Of a stretch of DNA of 64,000 nucleotides, positions 1-11,900 are shown one piece after another. Origin of the DNA: Perkinsus olseni (Eukaryota); assembly GCA_013115125.1 (NCBI GenBank), contig JABANN010000060.1, positions 1-64,000 on the forward strand, written 5' to 3'. The notes under the pieces are model-generated. The model saw only the letters and a list, made by a program, of their open reading frames with translations, was not told where the DNA came from and made no database searches. The first letter of the stretch is position 1. Each line of letters opens with the position of its first letter. The position numbers were made by a program, and so were the translations under genes.

Positions 1-617
1 AACTGCGCCCAATCAACCCGGCAGAAATCCACATGCAAATTGCGTTTTGTGTAGAACCACTTCGTGTTGGCTCCAAGGATGACGCGCGCTTCCCATTCAA
101 CGGGCTCATCATTCACGTACCTCGCAACCACATCTCCTTTCTTGCCGTTGCGAAGGAAGGGCAGATCGGAGACTTCTTTAACGTCGATTCTTTTGAAGTT
201 TATAGTGGTCCAACCGTTTGGTACTCGCATTTGAGTCGACACGCCGCTGCTCTCAACGGTGAAGGCGACGGGATAGTCATCCTCGAGCCACTCAATGTCG
301 CACGGCCCAGTCCAACTGGCAAAGAAGAAATTATTCGGTCTTCCGACCAGGGTGAGAGCGCAGCTGATGCTCTTATATCTCTGTATAGCGTACTCGTCGG
401 TGCTCACAGTATGTTCAGAATAGAGGTAAGGACTGTAGAAGCGAGGTGCACTGATATTAGAGGGTGTGAACTCGTCGGGGACGGCAGAGACCAGACAAGA
501 GATTGGTTCATTAGAGTCATCTGGAAAATGACAGGTGTAATCGTCTTTAGAAGCGCCGACGGTTGGAAGGAGAGCCCCGACGAGCAGGCCACTGCATCGG
601 GAAAGAGTTGATCGCAT
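1..617 (-). CDS. Putative secreted protein of unknown function, 3' end runs off the window
   Basis: ATG at 617 opens a minus-strand frame MRSTLSRCSGLLVGALLPTVGASKDDYTCHFPDDSNEPISCLVSAV... with a signal-peptide-like N-terminus and no stop before position 1, probably why the ORF track omits it. A diverged paralogous copy lies just upstream. Confidence 0.65.
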   Translation of the reverse strand, partial: MRSTLSRCSGLLVGALLPTVGASKDDYTCHFPDDSNEPISCLVSAVPDEFTPSNISAPRFYSPYLYSEHTVSTDEYAIQRYKSISCALTLVGRPNNFFFASWTGPCDIEWLEDDYPVAFTVESSGVSTQMRVPNGWTTINFKRIDVKEVSDLPFLRNGKKGDVVARYVNDEPVEWEARVILGANTKWFYTKRNLHVDFCRVDWAQ

Positions 618-729
618 CCCAAGAATCCTGAAGATCCGAAAGTGTGCATCACAACGACAGGCAGTATGAGGATGGTATAATATCTGACCCAGATATTCAA
701 TTCGCTCCTTCTAATTTTCAAGAGCACTC

Positions 730-972
730 CTAGGAGTGGTTCGAGGAGCACTCCTCGTCAGTTGTCATGGTATGCTCAGAGTAGTAATATGGACCCTGGT
801 AGTCGAACATATCAAAGACAATTGATTCCTTGACAGCAGAGACCATGCAAGAGATTGGTTGATGGGAATCATCAGGAATATGACAGGCGTAATGATCTTT
901 AGTAGCGCCGAGTACCAAGAGCAGGAGAGCCCCGGTGAGTAGGCCAGTATATGGAGAGAATCAAGATCGCAT
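730..972 (-). pseudogene. Truncated, disabled paralog of the secreted-protein gene at 1-617
   Basis: Aligns to the N-terminus of the neighbour (GATKDHYACHIPDDSHQPISCMVSAV vs GASKDDYTCHFPDDSNEPISCLVSAV; YYYSEHTMTTDE vs YLYSEHTVSTDE). It reads ATG CGA TCT TGA, has a 1-nt frameshift in the signal region and ends early. Confidence 0.7.
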
Positions 973-1833
973 TACACAGAATTCTGAAGAAGGGAGAGCC
1001 CGTATCGAGACGTAACGAGGAATGAAGGCGATGGCGCCATAAGCCCAACGTAAAAGTCTCTTAGGTGTTAGTGGACAGCTAAGTGCCCACTTTACAAAGA
1101 GTCCCTCAGTCGAGGGATCCTCTGCTGGGCGGCCACTTAAGGGAGGCCATGTGAAACCCACTCACCCCTGTAGTAGCCCTAGAGTGGTTTCTTATGGTTA
1201 GTAGGGACATGTGAGGTAGGCCCCGGAATCTGGGGCCCAGTTGAGCCACGTGTAGAAGTGCCTTCTTGGTGTCAATGACCAAGGCAAGTTGTGAGCCGCA
1301 AGTGCGTGTACCAAGAAGCCTGGCGAAGGAATTCGATTGCAATTCAGACGGAATTTATCAAGTTGCGCGGTTACTGCAAACTTCGTGCAACACCGCGCCA
1401 TACTCGGCGTCGCATACATCTCCTACTCGCTCCCACGCTTTGCCTTTCAATGGTTTGAGACTCTCTGAATCGGTGCTGGTGCTCTAGCGAAGGGTGTCAC
1501 ACAATCACCCGGGCTCTCATCACCAAGGAGAGCACATTTGTAAGAGTGTTTGGACCCCCGGGGCGAGCGACAAGTTATGTAAAAATGGACTATGGTCGGC
1601 TCTAAGGAATTTGACGAGAGCGGTAGCACGGGACCAGCAGAGGATGGACTTTGACGCTAACCCGAAGACCTGGCGCGGAGCAATCGCTTTTCTACCGCCC
1701 AACTTTCCGGTTTCCGGGCCGATCCTTTCTAGGCGTATGGTGATACGCAGCCGAAGTGCGACGTAGCAACAGTTAAGTACCATCGTTCTCGCGACCCCAT
1801 CTCCCTAACACAGAATACCCTTGTCAATGCAGT

Positions 1834-4798
1834 ATGTCATCTTCGACACTCTTCACGCCTGACCTGCATCCAGTCATACCGGTTCAACCTGCACAGCTCC
1901 CTGCCGGGCGATGGCCCACCGCCAATGGCGGGTCCCAGAGAAATGAAGGGGTGGAGGAAGTCTTCAGAATCAGGCCAACGGATGAGGAGAATATAAACCT
2001 CGCTGACTTCGAGTACGGTGTCAAATACCGCTCCTTCCCCACCTCCCAGCTGGATGCCCCCGGTCAGGTCTCTCGCCGCGCTTCTCTGGTCCCCTAGGCT
2101 CATCATCGACCTCGACGGTATCAGACTAGGAGAACACGACCTGACTCGGCTGGTGAGTCTCGGCGGCTGTTGTCCGAGGAACGTCTTTATAACTAGGTAA
2201 AAAGTTGGACGAAGGAAGCACTTCGCACCGGTCTTCCATCAAGCCAGGTTAATCTAACTTCTCTGGGGGAGGGTTTAGCAGACGTCCGCCAGGTCTGCGC
2301 CGTCATCAACCACTGTTCGACAACGTCTTGTTCTCAGGTGGAGGCCTTGCTTAGAGTTTACGAAGAAACCGTTGGTCTCAACTCGCAGGGAACTACACCA
2401 GCTCCTGTGCTCTGTCAGACACTTTTCATCGGGTGAGGGTAACCTCCTTACAGAGAACCTCATGCCATTCTCAGGTTCCCGGGAGTCGAAAAGTCCCTCA
2501 GTGACGTAGCGTCTCACTGCCTACGAATGGCTAATGAGGTCGTCCTGCCTAGCAAGGACGGATCGCTCATGGTCATCGCCCGACCCACCGCACGCAACCT
2601 TCAGGACGCGCCGTTGTCAATTCGTGGCGATACAGTAGAGCCCGCGGAATTATTTCAACAACCACCTTCGCGGTGTGGTGGCGAGTTTACCAGCTCCGGA
2701 CCAGGAGGCTTCATTCGCTGTGATTCTTGCGGGAAAATGCGGCTGGTCGACCCCTTGGCCCTGGCCGTGTCTCAAAAGCTAGGCCAGTTTAGCTGTGGGA
2801 TGCTGGAGGCCACACGCTGCATACAACCTGATCAGTGGAAGCCGCAGTATAGCCCCTTCGCGGGCGCGGATGGGGTCCCACCGGGTGCAGCGGAGAGAGC
2901 CGACACTCCGGCGAACACAAAGAAGACAAAAGGCAAAAGAGGAGTTAGCGGAGCGAAGCTTGGGTTGTTGACGATAATGACCGATGGCGAGGCAGAGGAG
3001 GAGGAGGAGACTAGCACTACACAAGCGCCGAGCAAACAGAGAGCCCGCGTGTCTATCCCTAAGAAGCGTGGTGGTGCCGCAGCTGGCTCGGCTGGCGGGG
3101 AGTCTGAGAATCCGGTGGCCCTCGAGGGGACGAAGCAACCCGGCAAGCAGGGGGGTCGGGCATCGGAAGGCAAGAAGCGAAAGCGGAGATCCAGCACGAT
3201 CAGTCAGGAGTCCGGCGTTGGCGCTGAGGTAGTGGTGGCCGAGGCGCCGAGACCAGCACCAACGACCAAGGCGAAGAATAGCGGAGAAGCTGGATGGTTC
3301 AGGGTGAGACTGCAAGGGGAGCTCCTTCGAACTTGCCGGTACTTTCGTAGAACCACCTCAGTCTCAGTGGAGAGTTGCTACCGTACGGGATTTATGCTGT
3401 GGAAGCATTTGTCTGTTGTCCTTCGCAGTGCACGAGCTGTCGAAAGTGGCGGAGGGTCCACATAGATGACCTTCCCACCATCGAGGGTAAGGACACTTTC
3501 ATCTGCTCTGACCTCTATGAAGGCTCCTGCGATAAGCCTGACGATTGGGCGGAGGCACGACGGGTGAGTTCCTCAACACCGAAGACGCTGTGGCGAATCA
3601 GAAATTTCGTTAAACTAGTTTTTATCGGAGAAGAGGTTGAGTGATTCCGCACTTGTTTCAGGAGCTCCTTCACTCCAACCCTCGGGGCCGCTTCGGAGTG
3701 AGAAAGGCCCAAGTCATGGGCGTATCCCATATCGTTCTCCCCGTAGGCCAAACCAACCTCGACGCGCCGCGGCTCCCTTGCGGGTCTTAAAGACGACCAA
3801 GGGCAAGCTGTCGCGGAAGTACTCAGCCCACCGGCATCTCGGCTTGTCCACTTGTGGTTTCCTCAGGGAACGGCCGTCGGCCAAGGTCAGCCGCCTCCCC
3901 GGTTGCGCTACGCTGCGGCAGAGTATGAGCCGCCACCACCGCGCAAAATGCGCAAAACCCTGAACCCAGTGGAGGTCGATGAAGCGCTCGCCCGACTGAA
4001 TGCCGATGATGAAGGGGCCCTCACGATGCTGCATATTGCATGTGGACCGTTGGATGATGAAGAGAAGGCCTGTGGGGTGGCTGTTCCGGAGGAGGTGATA
4101 AAATGACGGCTGTGGGCGTCGAACCCGCGTCCTCCGCGCGTCAGGTGCTGAGCGACGAGGCTTCTATACGAACATTTTTGCATGCGCTGAAAAATGCCAA
4201 AAATCTTCTCAGGTTGGTTGAGCTTAATAGATATATTGCCGTATCTTAGGTTGCACCGTGCATTTGGCAGATACATAAGATTCCCCGCTTCTCCGTCCTC
4301 CCCCTTCTTGCAAGCCTTCAACCAAGAGCATCTAGATATGCTAGTCGATCTCCCCATGAGATGGAGAACCATAACCCACATCGATTTCGGTGCATTGGAA
4401 CAAGGAAAGGGAAGAGTCAATATCCTGTACGTCCTCCCCTCTTGGTGCTGTCTCGAGCGGCATTGTTTCCATCAGGCGTCCTTTGCTAGGGATGCTGTCC
4501 AAGTCGGGGCTGACGCATATCAACGCTGACCTCGCCAACGCCACTGAGAAGGTGAGGGGGCGAGTGTCCTGATGGTGTTCCGACGTTGGGTCCGCTCAGG
4601 CGATGAAGGCCTTGGAGGAAAAGACGATCAAGAACCGTGAGAGATATTGGAAAGGCTTCGAGGAGGAGCTCGAGAAGTTCACCCAAGCGACCAAGCGGTC
4701 GGTTGTTGACTGCCATTTCTCGGGCACTCTCGGCGCAGGTACACTCCGAGCTGGTCTTGCGAGGTCTCCCGGGTGATGCCCGTCGTGGAGGAGACTGA
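1834..4798 (+). CDS. Spliced gene for a protein with two CW-type zinc fingers (putative chromatin reader)
   Basis: FIRCDSCGKMRLV...FSCGMLEATRCIQPDQW (~2710-2840) and, across intron 3304-3428, WFR|CTSCRKWRRV...FICSDLYEGSCDKPDDW. Basic NLS-like KKRKRR between them. Ends approximate. Confidence 0.75.
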
Positions 4799-5026
4799 AT
4801 GAGTCTGCATGCTATTATTGATGTTGTTATTTTTATGCGACGATGGTCATTTTGTAATTGATCATTGTGCTGCGGCCATATCAAGGACTGGTATCTTTAC
4901 ACCTGAGAGGAGTTTCTTGTTGTCATGAAGTGGGAAGGGTTCCGACCGTAGAAGCTATAGCGACAAGGTGGCCGCAACCGTTAGGCTCAACCTCAACACC
5001 CGAAGAGACGCCTCGCCGCATTCGCG

Positions 5027-6252
5027 ATGCCCCAGCAGTTGTCCGCAATGCCCAGTCGAAGTTATGGACGCCTTATTGCGAGGAGCAGCAGCGAGACCAG
5101 CCTGTCTTCGGCAGCACAGCTACGGAAGGGTCAGCCCATCATCAGCATCACGAGGCCCTCAGTCCCGCTTTACCTCAGATCGAACAGCATTGACTCGCAG
5201 CAGTAGTCTGAGTAAAGTGGCTCCACAACAACGACCCTCCCATCTAGTAGCATCACCCTCATACAGTTTCGCAGCCCCCCGCCATGGCGTCGGAAAGTTC
5301 AAAGTGAGAATATTCTTCCTCAGAGAGGGGAAGACTACTTCTCAACCATCAGGTGCCTTATCGCCTGGCCCACTCCAGAGCTTCCTACGTTGAGACCTCT
5401 CACAGCATCGTAAGCCGCCACGCTCGGTAGCTCTCCACTGCCATGAGCAGGTTTGCGACACTCCAGGGCCTGGATCGTACGAGAAGCCCGTCACCGTTGG
5501 GGTTGCGGCTTCTCAAACGAATAAGTGCGGTCCGCAGTTCAGGTAGGGAGCTAGCGTGCTCCTGACAAGGCTCTTTGAGTGCCGCCTCTCATTTAGTTTT
5601 GGGGACTCCCGTCTCCCACGCTTCCTCAACGACGCAAGGCGGTTCTCAGTACTGTTCCACGCCCAAGCGTAGGTTGAGGAATCCTTTGTTGTGCGTGTGT
5701 GACTGGCTTCAACCTAAGATACCCTTGTGGTGAGGATACTTCCGCCGAGGGCCCCGGCGCTGGGCACTACTTCGGCGGAGACAAGCACCTTCCAGTACAG
5801 TCGAAGGCATCCCCCTGCTACTCTCTTGGGGACAGAAGGGAGAACTATCATATGAACTGCAAGGGCTACTGGTGGAGACCAACTCCCGGCGCTGATGCTT
5901 ACAGAGTCGAGGCCAAGCGGTGAGTGAACCATTCGTGCTTTCCCTCGTGGGCCTGGCCACTGATGCTCATTAGGCATGGTGATGGGCTCTGTTTTTCAAA
6001 GCTCACGGTATCAAGTGCGAAGTTTTAGGTACTGCGAAGACTTCAACAACTTGCCCAAAGCCCCAGCCTTCACAGTCGGGAGGGAGGAGGGACGGCAGCA
6101 CGCGGTTGCTCTCGTCAACAACACCGCGGCGGGCCCTGATGTGGGCCCCGGCAAGTGAGTTAAAGCAATCGCAAGGAGCTCAGGACGCACTCCCTTTCAG
6201 ATACACTCACGTTACTTCGTTAATCAGTGCTTCCGGTGGGAAGACCTTTTAG
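5027..6252 (+). CDS. Sperm-tail PG-rich repeat (STPG/SHIPPO1/ODF3-like) axonemal protein, spliced
   Basis: Joined exons give repeated PGPGxY-type motifs with aromatic S/T-F spacers: DTPGPGSY, EGPGAGHY, PTPGADAY, VGPGKY; PSYSF, PQFSFG, PCYSLG, PAFTVG. Confidence 0.75.
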
Positions 6253-6364
6253 CCGTGCCTTGCACCATGTCCGTCCGGTCAGCAACAACAACAGCTTTCG
6301 TTAACCAATCAGCCAAACTGCTCCCTTCCAGGACCGGTCCAATGCGACTGTTTTTCACAAGTTT

Positions 6365-7222
6365 ATGATGCTAGCCGCTCGGCCTCAACTGTTGCTTCTT
6401 CTGTGTCAATTCACATTCCGCCTTAGCGGTGGCAAGAGACTCTACTGTAGCGACCTCAACGCGAAAAAGGTCCTGTGCGCCGTAGAGGACTACGTTCCAA
6501 CTGGAAAAAGTGGACGGAGAATGCAAACCCTCACGCACTTGATATCACATGATGTGACGACTGTGATCATCAATGCACCCACTGACGCGCCCTCACCGCC
6601 TCCCTTCAAAATCGGCCCGTTCAAATTCGCAAGAAAAGGAAGCGTTCGTGTTGAGCGAAATATGACGGAGCTGCGGTTCAGGAGCGGTTCCTGCGGCATC
6701 AAGTACTCCCAAGCCGTCGTCATCCTCCCACACGCCTGCGTTCGTGTACCTGGTTTACTCATGCTAACGGGCCAAACGATCTTTTCCTTGCCAAAATATG
6801 AGGGAAATTACGTCTGCCAGGGGACAACCTGCGAAGGGCTGATACTCAGGGCGGTCAGCGCCATCCCTCTGCCAGCGAGAGACCCCGGGGTTAAATTCAC
6901 ATTCACAAGCCACACTCCAGAGGTTAGCGTCGAGGTGGTGTCACAGAGGACCTCCTCACTCACTGGGACTATCAAAGATTTACACTACATAAAGAGGGGC
7001 CGATATCTTGACGAAGAGGTAGAGACTGTGAAGTTCAATGGTGCATGGGAGGGGAAGAGCTGTCCCCTCGAGTCCGAGGGTTTTCAAGACCCAAGCACAA
7101 GCAGGTTCGGAGAAGCTTTTGTGATTGCCGTGGACAGCGAGTACGTACTGTTTGTGAAACGAAAGGATGAGTTCATGATTCTACGGGAAGGCGACAGGTT
7201 GGCGAATATGCTTCTGGGGTGA
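6365..7222 (+). CDS. Single-exon putative secreted protein, 285 aa, unknown function
   Basis: Uninterrupted ORF with a hydrophobic signal-like N-terminus (MMLAARPQLLLLLCQFTFRLSGG) and several Cys. No recognisable family motif. Confidence 0.65.
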   Translation: MMLAARPQLLLLLCQFTFRLSGGKRLYCSDLNAKKVLCAVEDYVPTGKSGRRMQTLTHLISHDVTTVIINAPTDAPSPPPFKIGPFKFARKGSVRVERNMTELRFRSGSCGIKYSQAVVILPHACVRVPGLLMLTGQTIFSLPKYEGNYVCQGTTCEGLILRAVSAIPLPARDPGVKFTFTSHTPEVSVEVVSQRTSSLTGTIKDLHYIKRGRYLDEEVETVKFNGAWEGKSCPLESEGFQDPSTSRFGEAFVIAVDSEYVLFVKRKDEFMILREGDRLANMLLG

Positions 7223-8918
7223 ATCGAACCGGCGTCTTGTCAGGGAGGCAGTCGGCGATGATGGATGGGTTCTGTAAGGCCTGTGCTTCAAGCAGCATCT
7301 TGTCTTTCTTTAGTATCTCTGTTCGGAGAGTGCCTTCTGATTTCAGGGTTGACCCTTCGGACCAAGCAGCGGATCCTTCGTCGGAGAGGACAGCAACTTC
7401 GTGAGTTCGCTATTCGTTTTTATCTTCATCAGAGCTTTGCTGATAGCCTCTCAAGTTTGCTTTTCATCTCAGATCTAATGAAGAGGAAGACTGGTTGTTA
7501 GTGTGAGACCGGGCAATCTCCCATCAGGGTATGATCTCACACCCTTCTTCTTTTCTCCAGGAGCTCGAGTGCATTTGTTTCGCCACGGTCTGGCATCGTG
7601 GGAGACCATCAGCCTGAATAGTCAGATCCCACTAGAGTAGCTCCATCAGCTGTTGTTCATGTGCACTGAGTTCCGAACTGACTTCCCCTGCTTTGATATT
7701 GTTCGTTGATGTCGAATGAGTTGTTGCCTTAAGCCTTTTCCTTGAGTTCGCATCCGTCATCCTCAATTTTCCGGCCGGGCTGAAAGCTTCATAAAGCCCG
7801 TAGAAGGCTTGTACTGTAATCTCACGCTCATACACACCCAACTGATGAACTACCAGTAGAATTCAACTCGGGGACTTGAACCCACAGCCCGGCAGTGTTA
7901 CTAGTTATCGCACCTACAGGGGACCAGCGGCTCAGTCATTGCCCCCCTGAAGCGAATCTAAGTTCCCCCAAGGGCTCAATGGATACCCCGTGATGGTGGT
8001 ATTCATCGTTTGCTTCTGACCGGGGGGTTGGACTTTTTATGATCAAGTCATTGGAAGTGCATACTTAACAGATTTATGTCGGAGAGAGCGATCGTTTCAC
8101 TGTCCAATTGGTACAGTACTCGAAGGCTCTGTTGGATAGCTTACGAGGCTGAGAAGTTGACGCAGGCGGTCGGGTGCTTCAAACCCCACAAACTGGGCTC
8201 TCGTCTTATTCTCTGCGTCTTACCGCGGAAAAGTGCAACGCTCTAACCAACACGAGACTGGAGCAGTGAACTGGTCGCGTGGTCGCTCCGTTTTATTGGG
8301 GCCATGGCTTACCGTTTGATATATCCACCTGGGCTTCCGTCATACTTCCTATTCTCTTCACGTGAAGGGGCCCGGACTGGCTGAGTTGGGGAGATCATGG
8401 CCGCTTTGAACACTCCCATGGCAGCACCCTTCTGGCCTTCGTTTTCGGCATGTACAGCATGCGAGAATGGCTTTGCCATCACACAAACGAGGGGCCCTCC
8501 AGTACAGAAAATCTACGGTAACCGTCGCTAATCCTCTCCATTAGGGAGTTGCATTACTGTGGAGTATCAGTAAAGGGTATTTTACACGGGTGTGGGTGAC
8601 TTCGGAAGCGTTTCCACCGGCGACGAATGAGTGTTTAGCGGTGATTATGGGGCCAGACAGGAGGCTCAATACCCTAGAAAACGTGACACCAAAGTTTCGT
8701 AGATTCCCGAGGTTTGTGGCCAGAGTTATAACGGGAACGACTTCCAAGGCGCCCCTCCGCTCAGCTGCGATGTTTTTCCGAGTTCTGCCCATGAAGGGCT
8801 GAATTCAACCCTTCACGGAGGCACCCTCATACAGAGTATCCAGAGTCGCAACTGATGACTGGAAACTCAAAACGGAGTGGTTATAACGACCAGTGTGTGT
8901 AATGGTTCTTGACTTAAT

Positions 8919-11900
8919 TTATGGCTGAGCGTCTGAGCAGTCGTCCTCCACCGTGAGAAGGGTAGAATCTTGCACGCCCTCGGCATCTCTCGTTTCTTCC
9001 CCATCGGCCTCTTCCTCCTCCAACCTGATGAACCCCCATCGAGCAGGTATCACCTCCCACTTCTCACCTCCGGGTATGGTCTTCAGAGAGAGCCGGGACC
9101 TCCAGTGGCGGTTTGTCCATCTCAACTGCTACCTCCACGCTCGACCCCAACGGTGGCCGGGGAGGCGGTGGTGGTGGTGGTGGTGGTGGCTGACCCCCGC
9201 GAAACAGACTGGTCTCAGCCGAATCGATCTGTCCTGCTTACCACAGAGGACCACTCAGGCTCCGCTCCGCTCACTAAAAACGTAGCCGATGGCTGCCTTA
9301 TAGCAGCGCCCTCCTCTGAGCTCTCCGATCCCTCCTCGCTCCTGTCCTCCAACCGCTCGCTGGAGGAGTCACTGAGCGGTAGCCTCCGGCAATCCATAAC
9401 CCGAGAGACCCACCTATCGCCATCCGATGAGGACAGCGCTGTGAGCTTCGATGCCAGCTCTGATTTCTTCTGCCTAGCGTCTGAGCAGACCTGCTCGGAA
9501 AGTAGCCGGCGAAGTGGCTCACGTCGGGCATGCTGAGCCTTCTCCCGCAGGGACATCTTCAGTGAGGCATCGTCATTCGAGTGAGGCGACCGAGGCATAT
9601 CAGTAAGGGCGAGTTGGCCGCCACTGTCGTTGATGGAAGCCTCCTCGAGCGCCCCCATCTGCGCTGGGGACTCCGGCAGGGCGCTGAATGGGGGTAAATG
9701 CAGACTCCCAGGAGAATCCGCATAGAGCTACTTCGGCAAGCTTCCGTCAACGACATCACCGAGGGGACGTATTTTCGATACCACCACTACGCGAGCGGCA
9801 TCTCTGTACGCTGCTGCCCTTCCTGAATGGTAGGATATGCCTATCAACTCCAGTGATCCTACCTGGGCTGTCCAATGCTGTGGGACCCCTGGGAGCTTCT
9901 CCTGGCGTTTCGGTCTTCTAAGCAAGGGACAACGCCTCTGCCCGTCGGTCGTCCGAAGTTGCCTCACATCCTCCATCCGTTCCCCATCCGACGGGTCATG
10001 GACGATCTTCCGCTTGAAGTCACTCATGGGGAGGGGTGCCGTACTGACCGCGCTCTCTGAAGACTCCGACTCGGCCTCGTACTTGGCTTCTGTCAGGGCA
10101 CGCTTCATCTGGTGGCCCTCGATGACCCTGCCAGCAGGAGGGGGGCAGTGTACAGCAAGACCCCATGAGGGGACCTACGCCCCGGTGACGGTGAAGACTA
10201 TGGTCCCTACTATGAGGCCCACCAGCGGACCAAAGGCGATGACGGTGACGGCAGAAGCTGCGAGTCCAGCGATGGCTGAAGAGGTTGGGCGGCAAGGAAG
10301 GGAGGCGAGGAGAGAGGAGAGGAGGCTACCCGAGAAGAGGAGAGGGGGGTTCTTCAGCAGAGCCAGCGTAGACACCACAAACGACACTCCAAGCGTCACC
10401 GACAGGGCCTGCGAGATGACGGGTGTACATCCTAGTGCGACACGAAGGAGCCTACGGTTTGGACCATCCAGGTGAGGATGAAGCCATCAAGGTCCGAGAT
10501 CAGGGCGCTGCCGAAGACGTACCCCATATTAACACCTGGGGGGGCGGTACCCGAATTGGGCTGTGTAATCACTAGCTTCATCATGCTAGCGACAGTCATT
10601 AACTATCATCATTAACTCGAGTACCCTCTATCCGCTCTAACCTGTTCACTGTAAGCTCAATCTACTCGTGTTCTATCACCATATTCCCCACAACAACGAG
10701 AGGCCCTACCGAGGAGGTTGCACAGGAGATGCTTGTTGGTGATGAAGCTCGAGACCAGCACTTGCAGGCTGTCCTCAGGGATTCCTGTAGACAGCAGGTC
10801 GGCGGCGGACGGGAGGGGAAGGCTACTCACCATCATAAATGCGGAACGCGATGAAGTTGAGGGTGATGAGAACTATGCTGGCGATGAAGCCTTCGATGAA
10901 GCCAGCACCATGACCAACCAGTATCTGAGGTCGATGCGTGCACGATACGGGACTGAAAGATATGATCGTGAGCTCACGATCAAGACTATGCCTCCAACGA
11001 CACTGAAGAAGAGCTGACAACCCAGTGTTGTCACCGTGAACTGATATCGAAACTGAAAAGTGGCGCTCAGTAGTGGGCAGGGCCGTCTAGGCAGCAGCAG
11101 AAGGCCATCACCTGCAAGGCGGCACGGTTGGCAGTGAGGCCGAGGAACGTGCAAATAGCGAGGCCGATGAGGAGGGCCTCCCCCTCGGTGGTGTAGTCCC
11201 CTTGGACCAATGCTAACGACACTCCGCAGGCTGTCTGCGAGGCCAGCATCGAATACCTAGAGGACGATCCACAGAGGGAGGACGCCTGGTTGGCTGCATA
11301 CGCGAAAGGCGGTCGTATGTCCCCTTCGGGATTGTTGACAGCCTCTCGCCGCTTGACCGTCTCTGCTGCCATCGCCGCTGCCAAGGTCGAGGTGCAGGCT
11401 GCCTCCTGACGGTAGACATCCCCAGGGCGTCGTCGAGGGATGCTTCACCTCCTCCTTCACCCGCTGTTGCTTGGCCGCGTAGGCCATCACGCCGGCGACC
11501 AGGGCCAGCAGGAGTATCTGAGAATTCCCTCGGGCGAGGCATGGCAGATTCCCACCGACCGGAATGAGCGCGTCAAAGAGAGCCTTTATGAGACCGAGCA
11601 GCATCGCCATCGCGAACATAGGGTTTGCGAGAGTGTTGAGGTTGCTCTTGGTGAGAATGAAGGGCAGGAGTATAACCAGCAGAAGGAGGAGAATGGCGAA
11701 GGCTCTCCGGAGGTAGAGTACCTGCCACACGACGAAGATGACGGGGATGATGCTCCGAAGACCGCCCACCCCTTTGCGCATGAACCACTTAGTAAAGAGG
11801 GAAAAGTTATAGTAAATCCTGTCCTTCCTGCTGGCATCGGGATCGAGACCCTCCTCCGGTGGGGGTGGAGGCTGTCGGCCAGCCAGACAGGGTAGGGCGG

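Noticed and set aside
33-611. 192-aa plus-strand ORF
   Set aside because: Probably the antisense shadow of the minus-strand frame, which has a signal-like N-terminus and a conserved paralog.
7861-8262. tRNA-like fragments on the minus strand (gggttcaagtccc; gttggttagagcg)
   Set aside because: I could not fold a cloverleaf; stems pair poorly and the two motifs are too far apart. tRNAscan-SE would settle it.
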